Shown: positions 16,684 to 24,663 of the stretch, piece after piece
Position numbering within the stretch: position 1 is the first letter of the stretch
Layout: each line of letters begins with the position of its first letter
Source: a virus
Lineage: Duplodnaviria > Caudoviricetes
Virus record (IMG/VR): IMGVR_UViG_3300047160_003616
Coordinates: 12,649-76,648 of that record
DNA: 64,000 nucleotides
Direction: 5' to 3' (one strand)
Position numbers and translations under genes: made by a program
Notes under the pieces: model-generated
Seen by the model: only the letters and a program-made list of their open reading frames with translations
What the model was told of the DNA's origin: nothing
Databases searched by the model: none

Positions 16684-17372
16684 GTAAAGCCCCTGCCTTG
16701 CCGAGCCCGGCCTAGCCACGCCCAACCTGGCCTTGCCAGGCCTTGCCGAGCCCAGCCTTGCCCGGCCGCGCCGCGCCAAGATCTAGCCTCCTCACCTATT
16801 AGGTGGGGAGATGAAGGTAAAACCCCTGCCCTGCCCCGCCGGGCCGAGCCAGGCCGTGCCCGGCCTTGCCGATGCCGCGCCGCGCCAAGCCACGCCCTGC
16901 CTAGCCATGGCAAGTCTGTTGAAAAATTGAGTTGTGATAAAGCCCCTGCCCTGCCATGCCGCGCCTTGGCTAGGCGAGCCACGCCGTGCCATGCCGTGCC
17001 AAGCCTAGCCACGCCTAGCCGGGCCTAGCCGCGCCGGGCCACGGCCTGCCGAGCCCTGCCATGGCAAGTCTGAAGTTGTGTGTAAAACCCCTGCCCTGCC
17101 TAGCCCAGCCGTGCCGGGCCGAGGCCAGCCACGCCGCGCCTAGCCATGCCAGGCCATGCCTCGCCACGTCAAGTCATGAAATTATTGTTAAAGCCCCTGC
17201 CTTGCCTAGCCTCGACACGCCACGCCCAGGCCCGCCCGGCCATGCCAGGCCTCGCCGAGTCCGTGAAAGATTTGAATTGTAGGTAAAGCCCCTGCCTCGC
17301 CGAGCCGAGCCCCAGCCTTGCCTTGCCTCGCCGTGCCACGCCACGCCATGGCTTGCCAAGCCGCGCCCTGCC
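16684..17372 (-). ncRNA. Array of six GGC-NN pentamer-repeat units (candidate guide RNAs, VIPR-like)
   Basis: Units 17283-17372, 17188-17262, 17082-17175, 16937-17072, 16817-16918, 16684-16788; each about 12-24 GGCNN pentamers ending in GGCAGGGG(C/T)TTTA, separated by AT-rich linkers. Confidence 0.85.
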
Positions 17373-17376
17373 ACGA

Positions 17377-17934
17377 TTATTTGTCGCCGAGCAGCCCTTC
17401 CAGTCGTGTCAGCCGTTCCTGCACTTTATCCAGCTCGGTGGTGGTGTGCTCCTTGGTGCTGCGATGATCCTGCTGAATCAGTTGCATCGCTGCGGCCAAC
17501 TCACGCTGTTGCACGTCCAGGCGGCGGCAGAAGTCCACCTGGGCGGCGAATGCCGCCCCCACCACCTCAAAGGCTTGCCGGGCGATGGGGTCCAGGGCCA
17601 ACCAGTCCACATGAGTCACCGCGTTTTGCCCGCGCACCAGAGCCTTGGAGGACTTGCGCTGATGCCGCCGGGCCAGCCGCATGTGCTCGGGGGCCTGAAG
17701 CACGCGATAACCCGTGTTAATCACCGCGTCAATAGCACGGTTGTCGACACGTTCAAACTCGCGGGCGGCCCGCTGGGTGGCCTGTTGCAGCACCCGGCGA
17801 TCCTTATCCCCGTCGAGACCCAGCGCCTCACCCATCGCCTCGTAGGTCAGTGTCCCATCCACGGGGGTGGTCCTGAGCAGGTCGTAGATGACCCGCCAGC
17901 GGGCTCGCTCGTTGAGCGGGGAGAACGGGCTCAT
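17377..17934 (-). CDS. HTH/coiled-coil accessory protein of the RAMP-pentamer locus
   Basis: LTYEAMGEALG winged-HTH-like segment, C-terminal heptads; ATGA-coupled to the RAMP gene; stop 4 nt before the array. Confidence 0.75.
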   Translation of the reverse strand: MSPFSPLNERARWRVIYDLLRTTPVDGTLTYEAMGEALGLDGDKDRRVLQQATQRAAREFERVDNRAIDAVINTGYRVLQAPEHMRLARRHQRKSSKALVRGQNAVTHVDWLALDPIARQAFEVVGAAFAAQVDFCRRLDVQQRELAAAMQLIQQDHRSTKEHTTTELDKVQERLTRLEGLLGDK

Positions 17935-18506
17935 GACTGCTTGACCCCCATCACCTCAAAGCGACCGTAGAGGGGACGACGCTCGCCCAGTCCGATCAAC
18001 AGCCCCGCCGTGGTGGCGATGCGTTCGATGTCCACCAACTCCAGCAGGGCCGTGTCCAGGGTGCCGTTGACCTCCACCGCCCACTCGGGGAACCACGGGC
18101 GCACTCGCATCACCCGGCTGGCCCCCACCTTGACGCTGGCCCGGTAGTAGAACGTGGCCGCGTACAGCTCCTCGACGGTGCGCGGGCCCTTGTAGCCCAG
18201 CGCGATCACGTCGTCCTTGATCAACACGCCCTGCTCCACCTGCTTGCCCTGTTTGGTCTTGCGACCACCCTCGATCAGGCACTTGAAGATGTTGGCACCG
18301 GGGATATAGGGGCCCTCCACTTCATCGAAGTAGATCCCGCCGAAAAACTCGGTGCGGGCCAGCAGGTGATGGTCCTCGTCGGTCTTGTTGCGTTTTCGGG
18401 TCAGGCGCTTGACCTCTTTGGCCGCGGGATCGAGCGGATCGGCCAGCCGGGCACTGTGCATGATCAGCGGACGGGTTCCCCGAAGGGTGAGGGTGAAATC
18501 AATCAT
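17931..18506 (-). CDS. Stand-alone Cas7/RAMP-like protein (Vipr-like)
   Basis: FTLTLRGTRPLIMH (beta1), PYIPGANIFKCL (RAMP P.IP motif), RVRPWF, C-terminal G-loop AGLLIGLGERRPLYGRFEV. Confidence 0.8.
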   Translation of the reverse strand: MIDFTLTLRGTRPLIMHSARLADPLDPAAKEVKRLTRKRNKTDEDHHLLARTEFFGGIYFDEVEGPYIPGANIFKCLIEGGRKTKQGKQVEQGVLIKDDVIALGYKGPRTVEELYAATFYYRASVKVGASRVMRVRPWFPEWAVEVNGTLDTALLELVDIERIATTAGLLIGLGERRPLYGRFEVMGVKQS

Positions 18507-18513
18507 GGCGTAG

Positions 18514-18542
18514 ATGCTATAGGACTGTCACGAGGCGTGCAA
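18514..18542 (-). promoter_or_regulatory. SigA-type promoter, probably leaderless transcript of the RAMP gene
   Basis: TTGCAC-17 nt-TAGCAT; ATG follows 7 nt after the -10 with no SD. Confidence 0.65.
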
Positions 18543-18636
18543 TATATTCCACGATTAAGGTCACAGTGCAAACACAACCACATAGCGTGGCGGTCGGACC
18601 ACACCATCAGGCAGCCGCAGCGACAGCGGTCGTCGG

Positions 18637-18840
18637 TCATGGGGCGGGGAATATGGGGTTGTCGGCCACCTTGACGGCCTTCAGGTTGAACCTCGTGACC
18701 GTTGCCCGCACGTCCTCAATCCATCGCTGAATCGGGCCGACATTCATTGGATGGTCGGAGCGAAACGTGCTGGCATTGATGTCACTAAGCACGTCAAGGC
18801 GTTCAAGAATGATTGCCGCCAGTTCGTCCGCAGCGTCCAT
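18637..18840 (-). CDS. Hypothetical protein
   Basis: 67 aa; GGGAG upstream. Confidence 0.55.
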   Translation of the reverse strand: MDAADELAAIILERLDVLSDINASTFRSDHPMNVGPIQRWIEDVRATVTRFNLKAVKVADNPIFPAP

Positions 18841-18861
18841 GTGTGTAACTCCCTTCTTCGG

Positions 18862-19071
18862 TCATGTCGGGGCTCCGTGCCAACCCTTCTCGGGCGGCAG
18901 CGTGTGCTGCTCGCGGGAGTAGTCCAGGGCCAGGTCGGCGATCAGCTGCCCGTCGGCGTAGACGACCACGTGCTTGCCGTCCACCGCCGCCTGGTGCATG
19001 GCATCGGTGATGCGCTTGAGCCGGTTGGCCATCCCGATCACCGCCCAGACGCCGTCGTCGGTCACTCCCAT
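18862..19071 (-). CDS. Hypothetical protein
   Basis: 69 aa ORF. Confidence 0.55.
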   Translation of the reverse strand: MGVTDDGVWAVIGMANRLKRITDAMHQAAVDGKHVVVYADGQLIADLALDYSREQHTLPPEKGWHGAPT

Positions 19072-19352
19072 ATCGCCAGCGCCATCAGCCGGGCCAGCCG
19101 GGTGATCGCCAGCGCCTCACTGCTGGAGTGCGCCCAGCCCTGGTGGTCGGGGTGCAGGTCGCAGGCGTACACCTCACCACGGATGGCGAGTCGGCCTTCA
19201 CATATCGGCTCGTGCCGCCCGTGCCGGGCGATGTCACCTCGGCCATGCTCGATGATGTCAGCCACCTCTGTGCCGAAGATCGCTTCCATAGAGTGATGGC
19301 CCACCACGCCTGCCTCACCCAACGCGAAACGAGGGACCATCTGATCGCTCAT
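19062..19352 (-). CDS. Hypothetical protein
   Basis: MSDQMV start, ATGA overlap. Confidence 0.55.
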   Translation of the reverse strand: MSDQMVPRFALGEAGVVGHHSMEAIFGTEVADIIEHGRGDIARHGRHEPICEGRLAIRGEVYACDLHPDHQGWAHSSSEALAITRLARLMALAIWE

Positions 19353-19465
19353 GGATACCACACCGTCCCGCAACTGCAGCTGACCCGCCAGGGGCGCGTC
19401 TGGCCGTGGCTGCACACGTAGTGCCCGGCACGGTAGTGCGTCCAGATCACGTGCCACACATTCAC
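19349..19465 (-). CDS. 38 aa Cys/His peptide
   Basis: HYVCSHG...SCSCG; GTGA overlap. Confidence 0.5.
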   Translation of the reverse strand: MNVWHVIWTHYRAGHYVCSHGQTRPWRVSCSCGTVWYP

Positions 19466-19665
19466 GCCAGGCCCTTGGACAGGTAGTCACGGTCGTAAAG
19501 CATCCGGGCCAATGCCTTGTCGCGGGCCTCCTCTTCGGTCTTGCGCAGCGCCCAGCCGGTGTGGCCCCGCCCGTCATTGACGGTGACCGAGAACTGGCCC
19601 TCGCCCTGATCCACATGCCAGATCAATCCACCGGGCCAGGGCTGATCACAAGTCGGGCACTTCAT
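19462..19665 (-). CDS. Hypothetical protein
   Basis: MKCPTC; coupled overlaps. Confidence 0.6.
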   Translation of the reverse strand: MKCPTCDQPWPGGLIWHVDQGEGQFSVTVNDGRGHTGWALRKTEEEARDKALARMLYDRDYLSKGLA

Positions 19666-20060
19666 AGGATGTCCTTCTTTCGTGGGTCCTCGGTCTTGCG
19701 GCCATCCTCACGGATGTACCCCGGCTCGCCCCCGTCCAGGCCGTGCACGATGCCGTAGCGCATGCGGTCGTGATCGGTCTCGGTCTCCTTGTTGGTGCGC
19801 CCGATGGGTTCGACATTGGGTATCCACACCCCGGTCTCCGCCTCAGTGCCGTCCTCGCCCTTGCGGATGATCTCCTGCCAGTTGATGGCGATCTCGATGC
19901 CGATGCGGGCGAACTCCTCATGCGCGGCGATGTCGAAAATGGCCTTGTTGGTGTCGGTGAAGTGAGTGAAGTCGAAGGCGGCCGACAACCGGTTCATGGC
20001 GTAGGCCATCTTGGGCACCTCGTCGGGGTATGGGACGAAGTCGGGGATGGGCCGGTTCAT
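19662..20060 (-). CDS. Hypothetical protein
   Basis: 132 aa; ATGA overlap. Confidence 0.65.
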   Translation of the reverse strand: MNRPIPDFVPYPDEVPKMAYAMNRLSAAFDFTHFTDTNKAIFDIAAHEEFARIGIEIAINWQEIIRKGEDGTEAETGVWIPNVEPIGRTNKETETDHDRMRYGIVHGLDGGEPGYIREDGRKTEDPRKKDIL

Positions 20061-20227
20061 AAGCGCCTGGCCTGGTGCCGAGTAGAACTTTTACGCTCGG
20101 TGTCCACATGCTCCAAAAACTCGCTCCCACCCGGATCGGTAGCGCGATAGACCTTGCCGCCGCAGGTCTTGCAGCGCCGCATGCCCTGCGCCGACCACAG
20201 CGCGAGCCTGGTGTTGTAGTCAGACAT
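20057..20227 (-). CDS. Small Zn-ribbon protein
   Basis: MSDYNT...CKTCGG...H. Confidence 0.55.
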   Translation of the reverse strand: MSDYNTRLALWSAQGMRRCKTCGGKVYRATDPGGSEFLEHVDTERKSSTRHQARRL

Positions 20228-20399
20228 AGGCCCCCTCCGGGGGCCGCCAGGCACGCGCCTCATCGAAGCTGCGCAGCTGCACGCAGGGGATGTACTCACG
20301 GGGCTTCCAGATCCACCACCAGTTGTTGCGCTTGCGGCACAGCCATTTGGTGGGGTCATTGGGCCCGACGAAGCCGGGACGGGGCCGGGTGGGGGTCAT
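20220..20399 (-). CDS. Small Trp-rich hypothetical protein
   Basis: 59 aa; ATGA overlap with the HNH stop. Confidence 0.5.
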   Translation of the reverse strand: MTPTRPRPGFVGPNDPTKWLCRKRNNWWWIWKPREYIPCVQLRSFDEARAWRPPEGAYV

Positions 20400-20869
20400 A
20401 CGCGGTCCAGGTCATTATGGGTGAACAGCTCATTGCGTTTGGCGATCACAGCCGCTTCGGCCTCGGGGATGGTGGGAAAACGGCCCGCATGGATGTACTT
20501 GCCATTGTGCTTAACCTGAGCCCTCCATGCCCCCCTAGCCTTATCCCAAATCACTCCCCGCACACCCGATGTACCAGCCGAATTGGGGCCCGACCGATTC
20601 TCCTTGTTCTGCTTACTGGTCACCAAGCGCAGATGAGCAGGGTTGACACAATGCTTGGGACAGGTATGACGATGGTCTAACTCCCGATCATCGGGAATAG
20701 GCCCATGTGCCCACTCGTAAGCAATCCGGTGCCCATACTTCATCGTGCCGCCGAGATAGAACTCGGCATATCCCTTGCAGGTGCGGCCCGCCGTCCACAG
20801 CCAACAATCACCTGAGCGATCTACTTTGCTCCAAAACCGCTCCTCGGTGGTCAATGACCATCTGGGCAT
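20396..20869 (-). CDS. HNH homing endonuclease with AP2-like DNA-binding domain
   Basis: RFWSKVD..CWLW, HRIAY, DH..C...CVNPAHL, N..N; SGVRGV.W...W.A. Confidence 0.9.
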   Translation of the reverse strand: MPRWSLTTEERFWSKVDRSGDCWLWTAGRTCKGYAEFYLGGTMKYGHRIAYEWAHGPIPDDRELDHRHTCPKHCVNPAHLRLVTSKQNKENRSGPNSAGTSGVRGVIWDKARGAWRAQVKHNGKYIHAGRFPTIPEAEAAVIAKRNELFTHNDLDRV

Positions 20870-21862
20870 TTACAGCAGCCGCTCACATTGAACACAGCGA
20901 TGAATGGCTTGCTCAGCATTGAAAGCCAGATGGCCTCCCACGGTTTGCAACCTCATCATCGTGGCGTAGCGAGCATCGTTGGCGACTTCGGTGAACGCAT
21001 TTTGCACATCCCAGATCGAGACCGGCTCGGGCAACTGATTGACAATATCGAGAATGCTGTCGAGCACCTTGCGGCTGAGGTTGGCTTCCCTGGCCAATTG
21101 TGCAGCAAAAGCTTGGGGACTGCCGGGAGGGGTCATGTCACGGGTCGCAGCCAGGCGATTCAGATAATCGTCCAACTGGCTCAGGACGAGACCTGCAGCC
21201 TCTTCCATACTGGCAATGACCTCATCGACTGTGCGACCCTTCAGACTGATCTGACCCAGCTTCTCCTCGGTCGTCATCCCATTGGTGCATTCCAATCGCT
21301 CGGCGTACACGCCCACCGAAGGCGGCTTGGACTGATAGGGGTAGCTCAAAATACGGAAGCCCGCTTCAGTGATGTCGCCTACATGAGCTTCGCTCTTGCT
21401 GGGGAAGCTGATCTGGTGCTCCGCCGTCGTAGCGTCGAGATGAAATCTGGTTTCATCGGTGAGGAGTCGTCTGATGGTGTCCTGGGGGTCAAGCATCTTG
21501 ATTACAACTTCGGCGACCCGCGCTAGGGGAAGCATCGTTTGACTGGGCTGATGAATCGCAATGATTTCATCGTTCAAAGACTCGATGACTGTGTCAGCAT
21601 CCTGATGGCGCTCCAGCTTGTACCGAAGCAATGTGGCCCGGAACTCAGGAGTGAGGTCTTCGTAGAACCCAGCGGGTATTTTCAAATAGCCGGTCAGCGC
21701 CTTGTTGGCCGCGGCGTCGAGGGCGAAATGCTTCTGGGAGCCGTTGGTGATGGTGAGCACGGTGGCGTCGTCGGTGACGGTGAAACCGGAGAGCTTGGCG
21801 GTAATGGTGCCCTCCTGTCGCTTGGCCAGATGATCGTGGAGTTCGGCCACTCTGAGTTGCAT
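20870..21862 (-). CDS. DUF932-like phage protein
   Basis: ERLECTNGM motif; 330 aa. Confidence 0.6.
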   Translation of the reverse strand: MQLRVAELHDHLAKRQEGTITAKLSGFTVTDDATVLTITNGSQKHFALDAAANKALTGYLKIPAGFYEDLTPEFRATLLRYKLERHQDADTVIESLNDEIIAIHQPSQTMLPLARVAEVVIKMLDPQDTIRRLLTDETRFHLDATTAEHQISFPSKSEAHVGDITEAGFRILSYPYQSKPPSVGVYAERLECTNGMTTEEKLGQISLKGRTVDEVIASMEEAAGLVLSQLDDYLNRLAATRDMTPPGSPQAFAAQLAREANLSRKVLDSILDIVNQLPEPVSIWDVQNAFTEVANDARYATMMRLQTVGGHLAFNAEQAIHRCVQCERLL

Positions 21863-21902
21863 GAAGGAAGCCTTTCACTTTTGCTGTAGGGATACGTTTA
21901 GT

Positions 21903-22964
21903 CTATACCTGCAGCAAGGCCCATGTATTCAGAAGGGTAGACGAACTTCCGGCGGTGCTCTTGGTCCACACCACATAGGGGAAGGCCGCCCGGCCGGTCA
22001 CCAGCGTGGGGTTGGCATTCAGCAGCGGCATGAGGTGGATGCCGCCACCCAGATATGAGCCGTCGGCGTCATTGCCCAACGCCACCGCGGGACCCAGCTT
22101 GGCAAAGGTGGCCCCGGCGTTGCTCACCCAGCACTGCCCGGTGTAAACCCCGGAGGCCACGCTCACCGTAGTGGCCAGTACCTGCTTCTGGTAGGCGGCG
22201 AAGCTCATCGCCCGCACAGTGGTCAGGCCCCCGACGGGGGCCAGCTCACTGGGATCGGAGGAGTAGCCATTGCCGGTGTGGTACTCCCAGCCCGCCTGGG
22301 TGCCCACCACGCCGGGATGAATCTGCGGGCTACTCAACAGCTGGACGTTGGAGCCTATCCGAGCCCAGGGCTTGCGGATGCGGTAGACGTTTCCGCTGGC
22401 GTCCGAGCCGTACACCAGCAGGTAGGGCGTCTGGTATTGCACTCCGCGGTCGAACACGACCGAGCCCACCACCGGCAACAGCTCCTCACCGGATAACGTG
22501 ATGGCCCCGTTGGGCATGGCGGTGAAGTGCTGCAGCAGCCCGCCCAGCACCCCGGCGATGCTCACCGCGTGCAGCAGGTAGAGGAACTCGGGTGGCCTCG
22601 ACGCCCCGCCGATCAGCGTGGCCGAGTCCACCGCGGTGTTCATCGGGATGACCGGCTGGGTGTGCCCGGTGGTGCTGGGCACCTGGACCCGGGTGCCCCG
22701 GGTGTCGAAGATGACCCAGGACGGCGTGGTGTCCTCGGTGTAGGCGGTGTAGGCCCCCGGCGTGGTGCCATCGGCAGTGGCGGCATACCAGCGGCGCTGA
22801 GAGGCCATCAGATAGCGCCCGTCGATCAGCGGGTGCACCCACACCGGGGCGGCAGCGGCCAGGGTGGAGGGATCGTACAGCGCGCTGGGAGTCTTGGTCA
22901 GCACGCTCACCCCGGCGATGTCCAGGGCAGCCGGGGAGACCTGGGGTGCGGGAGAGGTGGCCAC
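21903..22964 (-). CDS. Hypothetical protein (beta-rich, possibly virion-associated)
   Basis: 353 aa ORF with strong GC3 bias. Confidence 0.7.
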   Translation of the reverse strand: MATSPAPQVSPAALDIAGVSVLTKTPSALYDPSTLAAAAPVWVHPLIDGRYLMASQRRWYAATADGTTPGAYTAYTEDTTPSWVIFDTRGTRVQVPSTTGHTQPVIPMNTAVDSATLIGGASRPPEFLYLLHAVSIAGVLGGLLQHFTAMPNGAITLSGEELLPVVGSVVFDRGVQYQTPYLLVYGSDASGNVYRIRKPWARIGSNVQLLSSPQIHPGVVGTQAGWEYHTGNGYSSDPSELAPVGGLTTVRAMSFAAYQKQVLATTVSVASGVYTGQCWVSNAGATFAKLGPAVALGNDADGSYLGGGIHLMPLLNANPTLVTGRAAFPYVVWTKSTAGSSSTLLNTWALLQV

Positions 22965-22966
22965 GG

Positions 22967-23707
22967 TTAGGTGAACTCGTCACCCTCGTCGTGGCGGGCC
23001 GGGATGAACTCGCGCACGGTGGGCGAGACCGGTTCGGCCTCGATGACGCCCTTGGGGATGGGCTTGCCCTCCACCCGGGCCATGAAGGCCTCCTGCAGCT
23101 CCTCGGGCACGAACTCCTGGGCGGCGCGGATCAGCCGGTCCACGGTGTAGACCATGTCAGCCATCTTGCGCCCGGAGGCATCACGTGCGGTCATGTCGTG
23201 CAGGCGGGAGGCGGCTTCCATCGCCTGCTGCACGGTGATGGTGGTGTTCTCGTCGGTGACGGTGCCAAAACCCTTGGCCATCACCGATTCCAGCAGCGCG
23301 TACTCGGTAACGATGTTGTCGATGCCGTTGATGTGGTCAAGGTTGGCCTCTTCGGCCCGGCGCTCCAAGATCCGCCGCAGCGCGGCCTGGGCGGGCTTTT
23401 GCACGTTGAAGTGCCAGCGCCGATGCTGGCGCACGCTGTAGGACTCGATGAGGCGCTTGTCGCCGCCCGCCGCCCGGCGGGCGTTGATGCTCATGCAGGC
23501 CTCGGTGACCTCCCGGTTGGACAGCCCCTTGGCGATCAGCTTGTTGACCAGGCTCATGGACTCTTCCTCGCAGCAGACATAGCAGCGCGAGACAATCTTG
23601 GGATTGCCGATCTCCCCGGCGTCCCGGGCGGCCTCGATCTCGGCGAGCGCGGCAGCACTGAGCGTCAGGGCCCGCTCCTCGATCTCGGCTCGGGAGAGTG
23701 TCATCAT
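22967..23707 (-). CDS. Hypothetical protein with CxxC and HTH-like segment
   Basis: CYVC...GLSNREV...QHRRWH. Confidence 0.7.
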   Translation of the reverse strand: MMTLSRAEIEERALTLSAAALAEIEAARDAGEIGNPKIVSRCYVCCEEESMSLVNKLIAKGLSNREVTEACMSINARRAAGGDKRLIESYSVRQHRRWHFNVQKPAQAALRRILERRAEEANLDHINGIDNIVTEYALLESVMAKGFGTVTDENTTITVQQAMEAASRLHDMTARDASGRKMADMVYTVDRLIRAAQEFVPEELQEAFMARVEGKPIPKGVIEAEPVSPTVREFIPARHDEGDEFT

Positions 23708-24010
23708 CTACCCCTCGTCGTGGTGGAAGTGCTTACCCGGCCGGTGGCCGAAGTTGGCGTTGAACGCCCGGCGAAACATCCCGCAGCGAATCGACTCGTC
23801 GGAGAACCCGTTGGTGGGCAGGATCTCCTTGGAGGCTCTTAACAGCAGTTGGTCGCGGGTCAGGTAGTCGCGTTTATCCCGCAGGGCGGTGACCCCCTCA
23901 CGCCCCTTGGCGAGCCAGGCCGCGGCCTGCTCCTCGATCCCGTAGTCCTCCCCGCTCTTGAGTCGCAGCACCTGGGGTGGGCCCAGATACTCAAAGTCGA
24001 AGACAGACAT
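23708..24010 (-). CDS. Hypothetical protein
   Basis: 100 aa abutting neighbours. Confidence 0.65.
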   Translation of the reverse strand: MSVFDFEYLGPPQVLRLKSGEDYGIEEQAAAWLAKGREGVTALRDKRDYLTRDQLLLRASKEILPTNGFSDESIRCGMFRRAFNANFGHRPGKHFHHDEG

Positions 24011-24016
24011 GAGGAT

Positions 24017-24655
24017 TCACCCGGCTGCGGCTAGTTCTTTGGCCATCTCTTGCAGATCCGGTTTGCCCTCGGGCCGGGTGATGGGCTCCGGGGCAGATGC
24101 CGCCGGTGGCGCGGGCTGCTTGGGCGAAACCAGCCCCAGCATCTCGTCGCACTGGTTGAGGGCCACCTTGAGCCCCTCCATCTGCACAAGGATGTCCTTG
24201 CGGGCGGCCTCTAAGTGGCGCTTGAGCAAGGGGTGCAGCGTATTGGTCACGATCAGCCTCCCGTTTTTATCTTTGGTGGGTTTGATGAGTTCCAGCGGGG
24301 GCCAGAACCCGTTTTGCTTGGCGTCGTAGTGGTCCACCATACGGACCAGTCCTGAATCGGCGTATTGCTGCACCGGAGTGCTCGACGCCGAGTTGGGCAG
24401 CAGCTCATCACGGGCCGCGGCCTCGGTGTAGCCCTGCATGCAGATCAAAACGAAGGCCTCCCGTTGCCGTTTGGGCAAATACGGGAGGCCCACCATGAGA
24501 TCACCGAGGAAGACATCCTCCCCCTCCGGGGTGACCATCACATCACTCATGCCCCGATCCTCCATCAGGGCATGCCAATGGTCCAAGTGCTGGAACATGC
24601 GCTTAAAATATTGAAGTCTGCGCTTGACTGGGTCGTCGGGCAGTCGACGTGTCAT
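24017..24655 (-). CDS. Sigma-70 region 4-like (ECF-type) DNA-binding protein
   Basis: LPKRQREAFVLICMQGYTEAAARDEL resembles the region 4 HTH. Confidence 0.65.
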   Translation of the reverse strand: MTRRLPDDPVKRRLQYFKRMFQHLDHWHALMEDRGMSDVMVTPEGEDVFLGDLMVGLPYLPKRQREAFVLICMQGYTEAAARDELLPNSASSTPVQQYADSGLVRMVDHYDAKQNGFWPPLELIKPTKDKNGRLIVTNTLHPLLKRHLEAARKDILVQMEGLKVALNQCDEMLGLVSPKQPAPPAASAPEPITRPEGKPDLQEMAKELAAAG

Positions 24656-24663
24656 GGCGTCCC

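Noticed and set aside
16684-17372. Canonical CRISPR array
   Set aside because: No identical 23-47 nt repeats with unique spacers and no cas1/cas2; the variable information is interleaved as dinucleotides
16522-17374. Arg/Gly/Ala-rich ORFs (MARRGRARLG...) over the pentamer array
   Set aside because: Translation artefacts of 5-nt periodic repeats; several overlapping frames give the same low-complexity sequence
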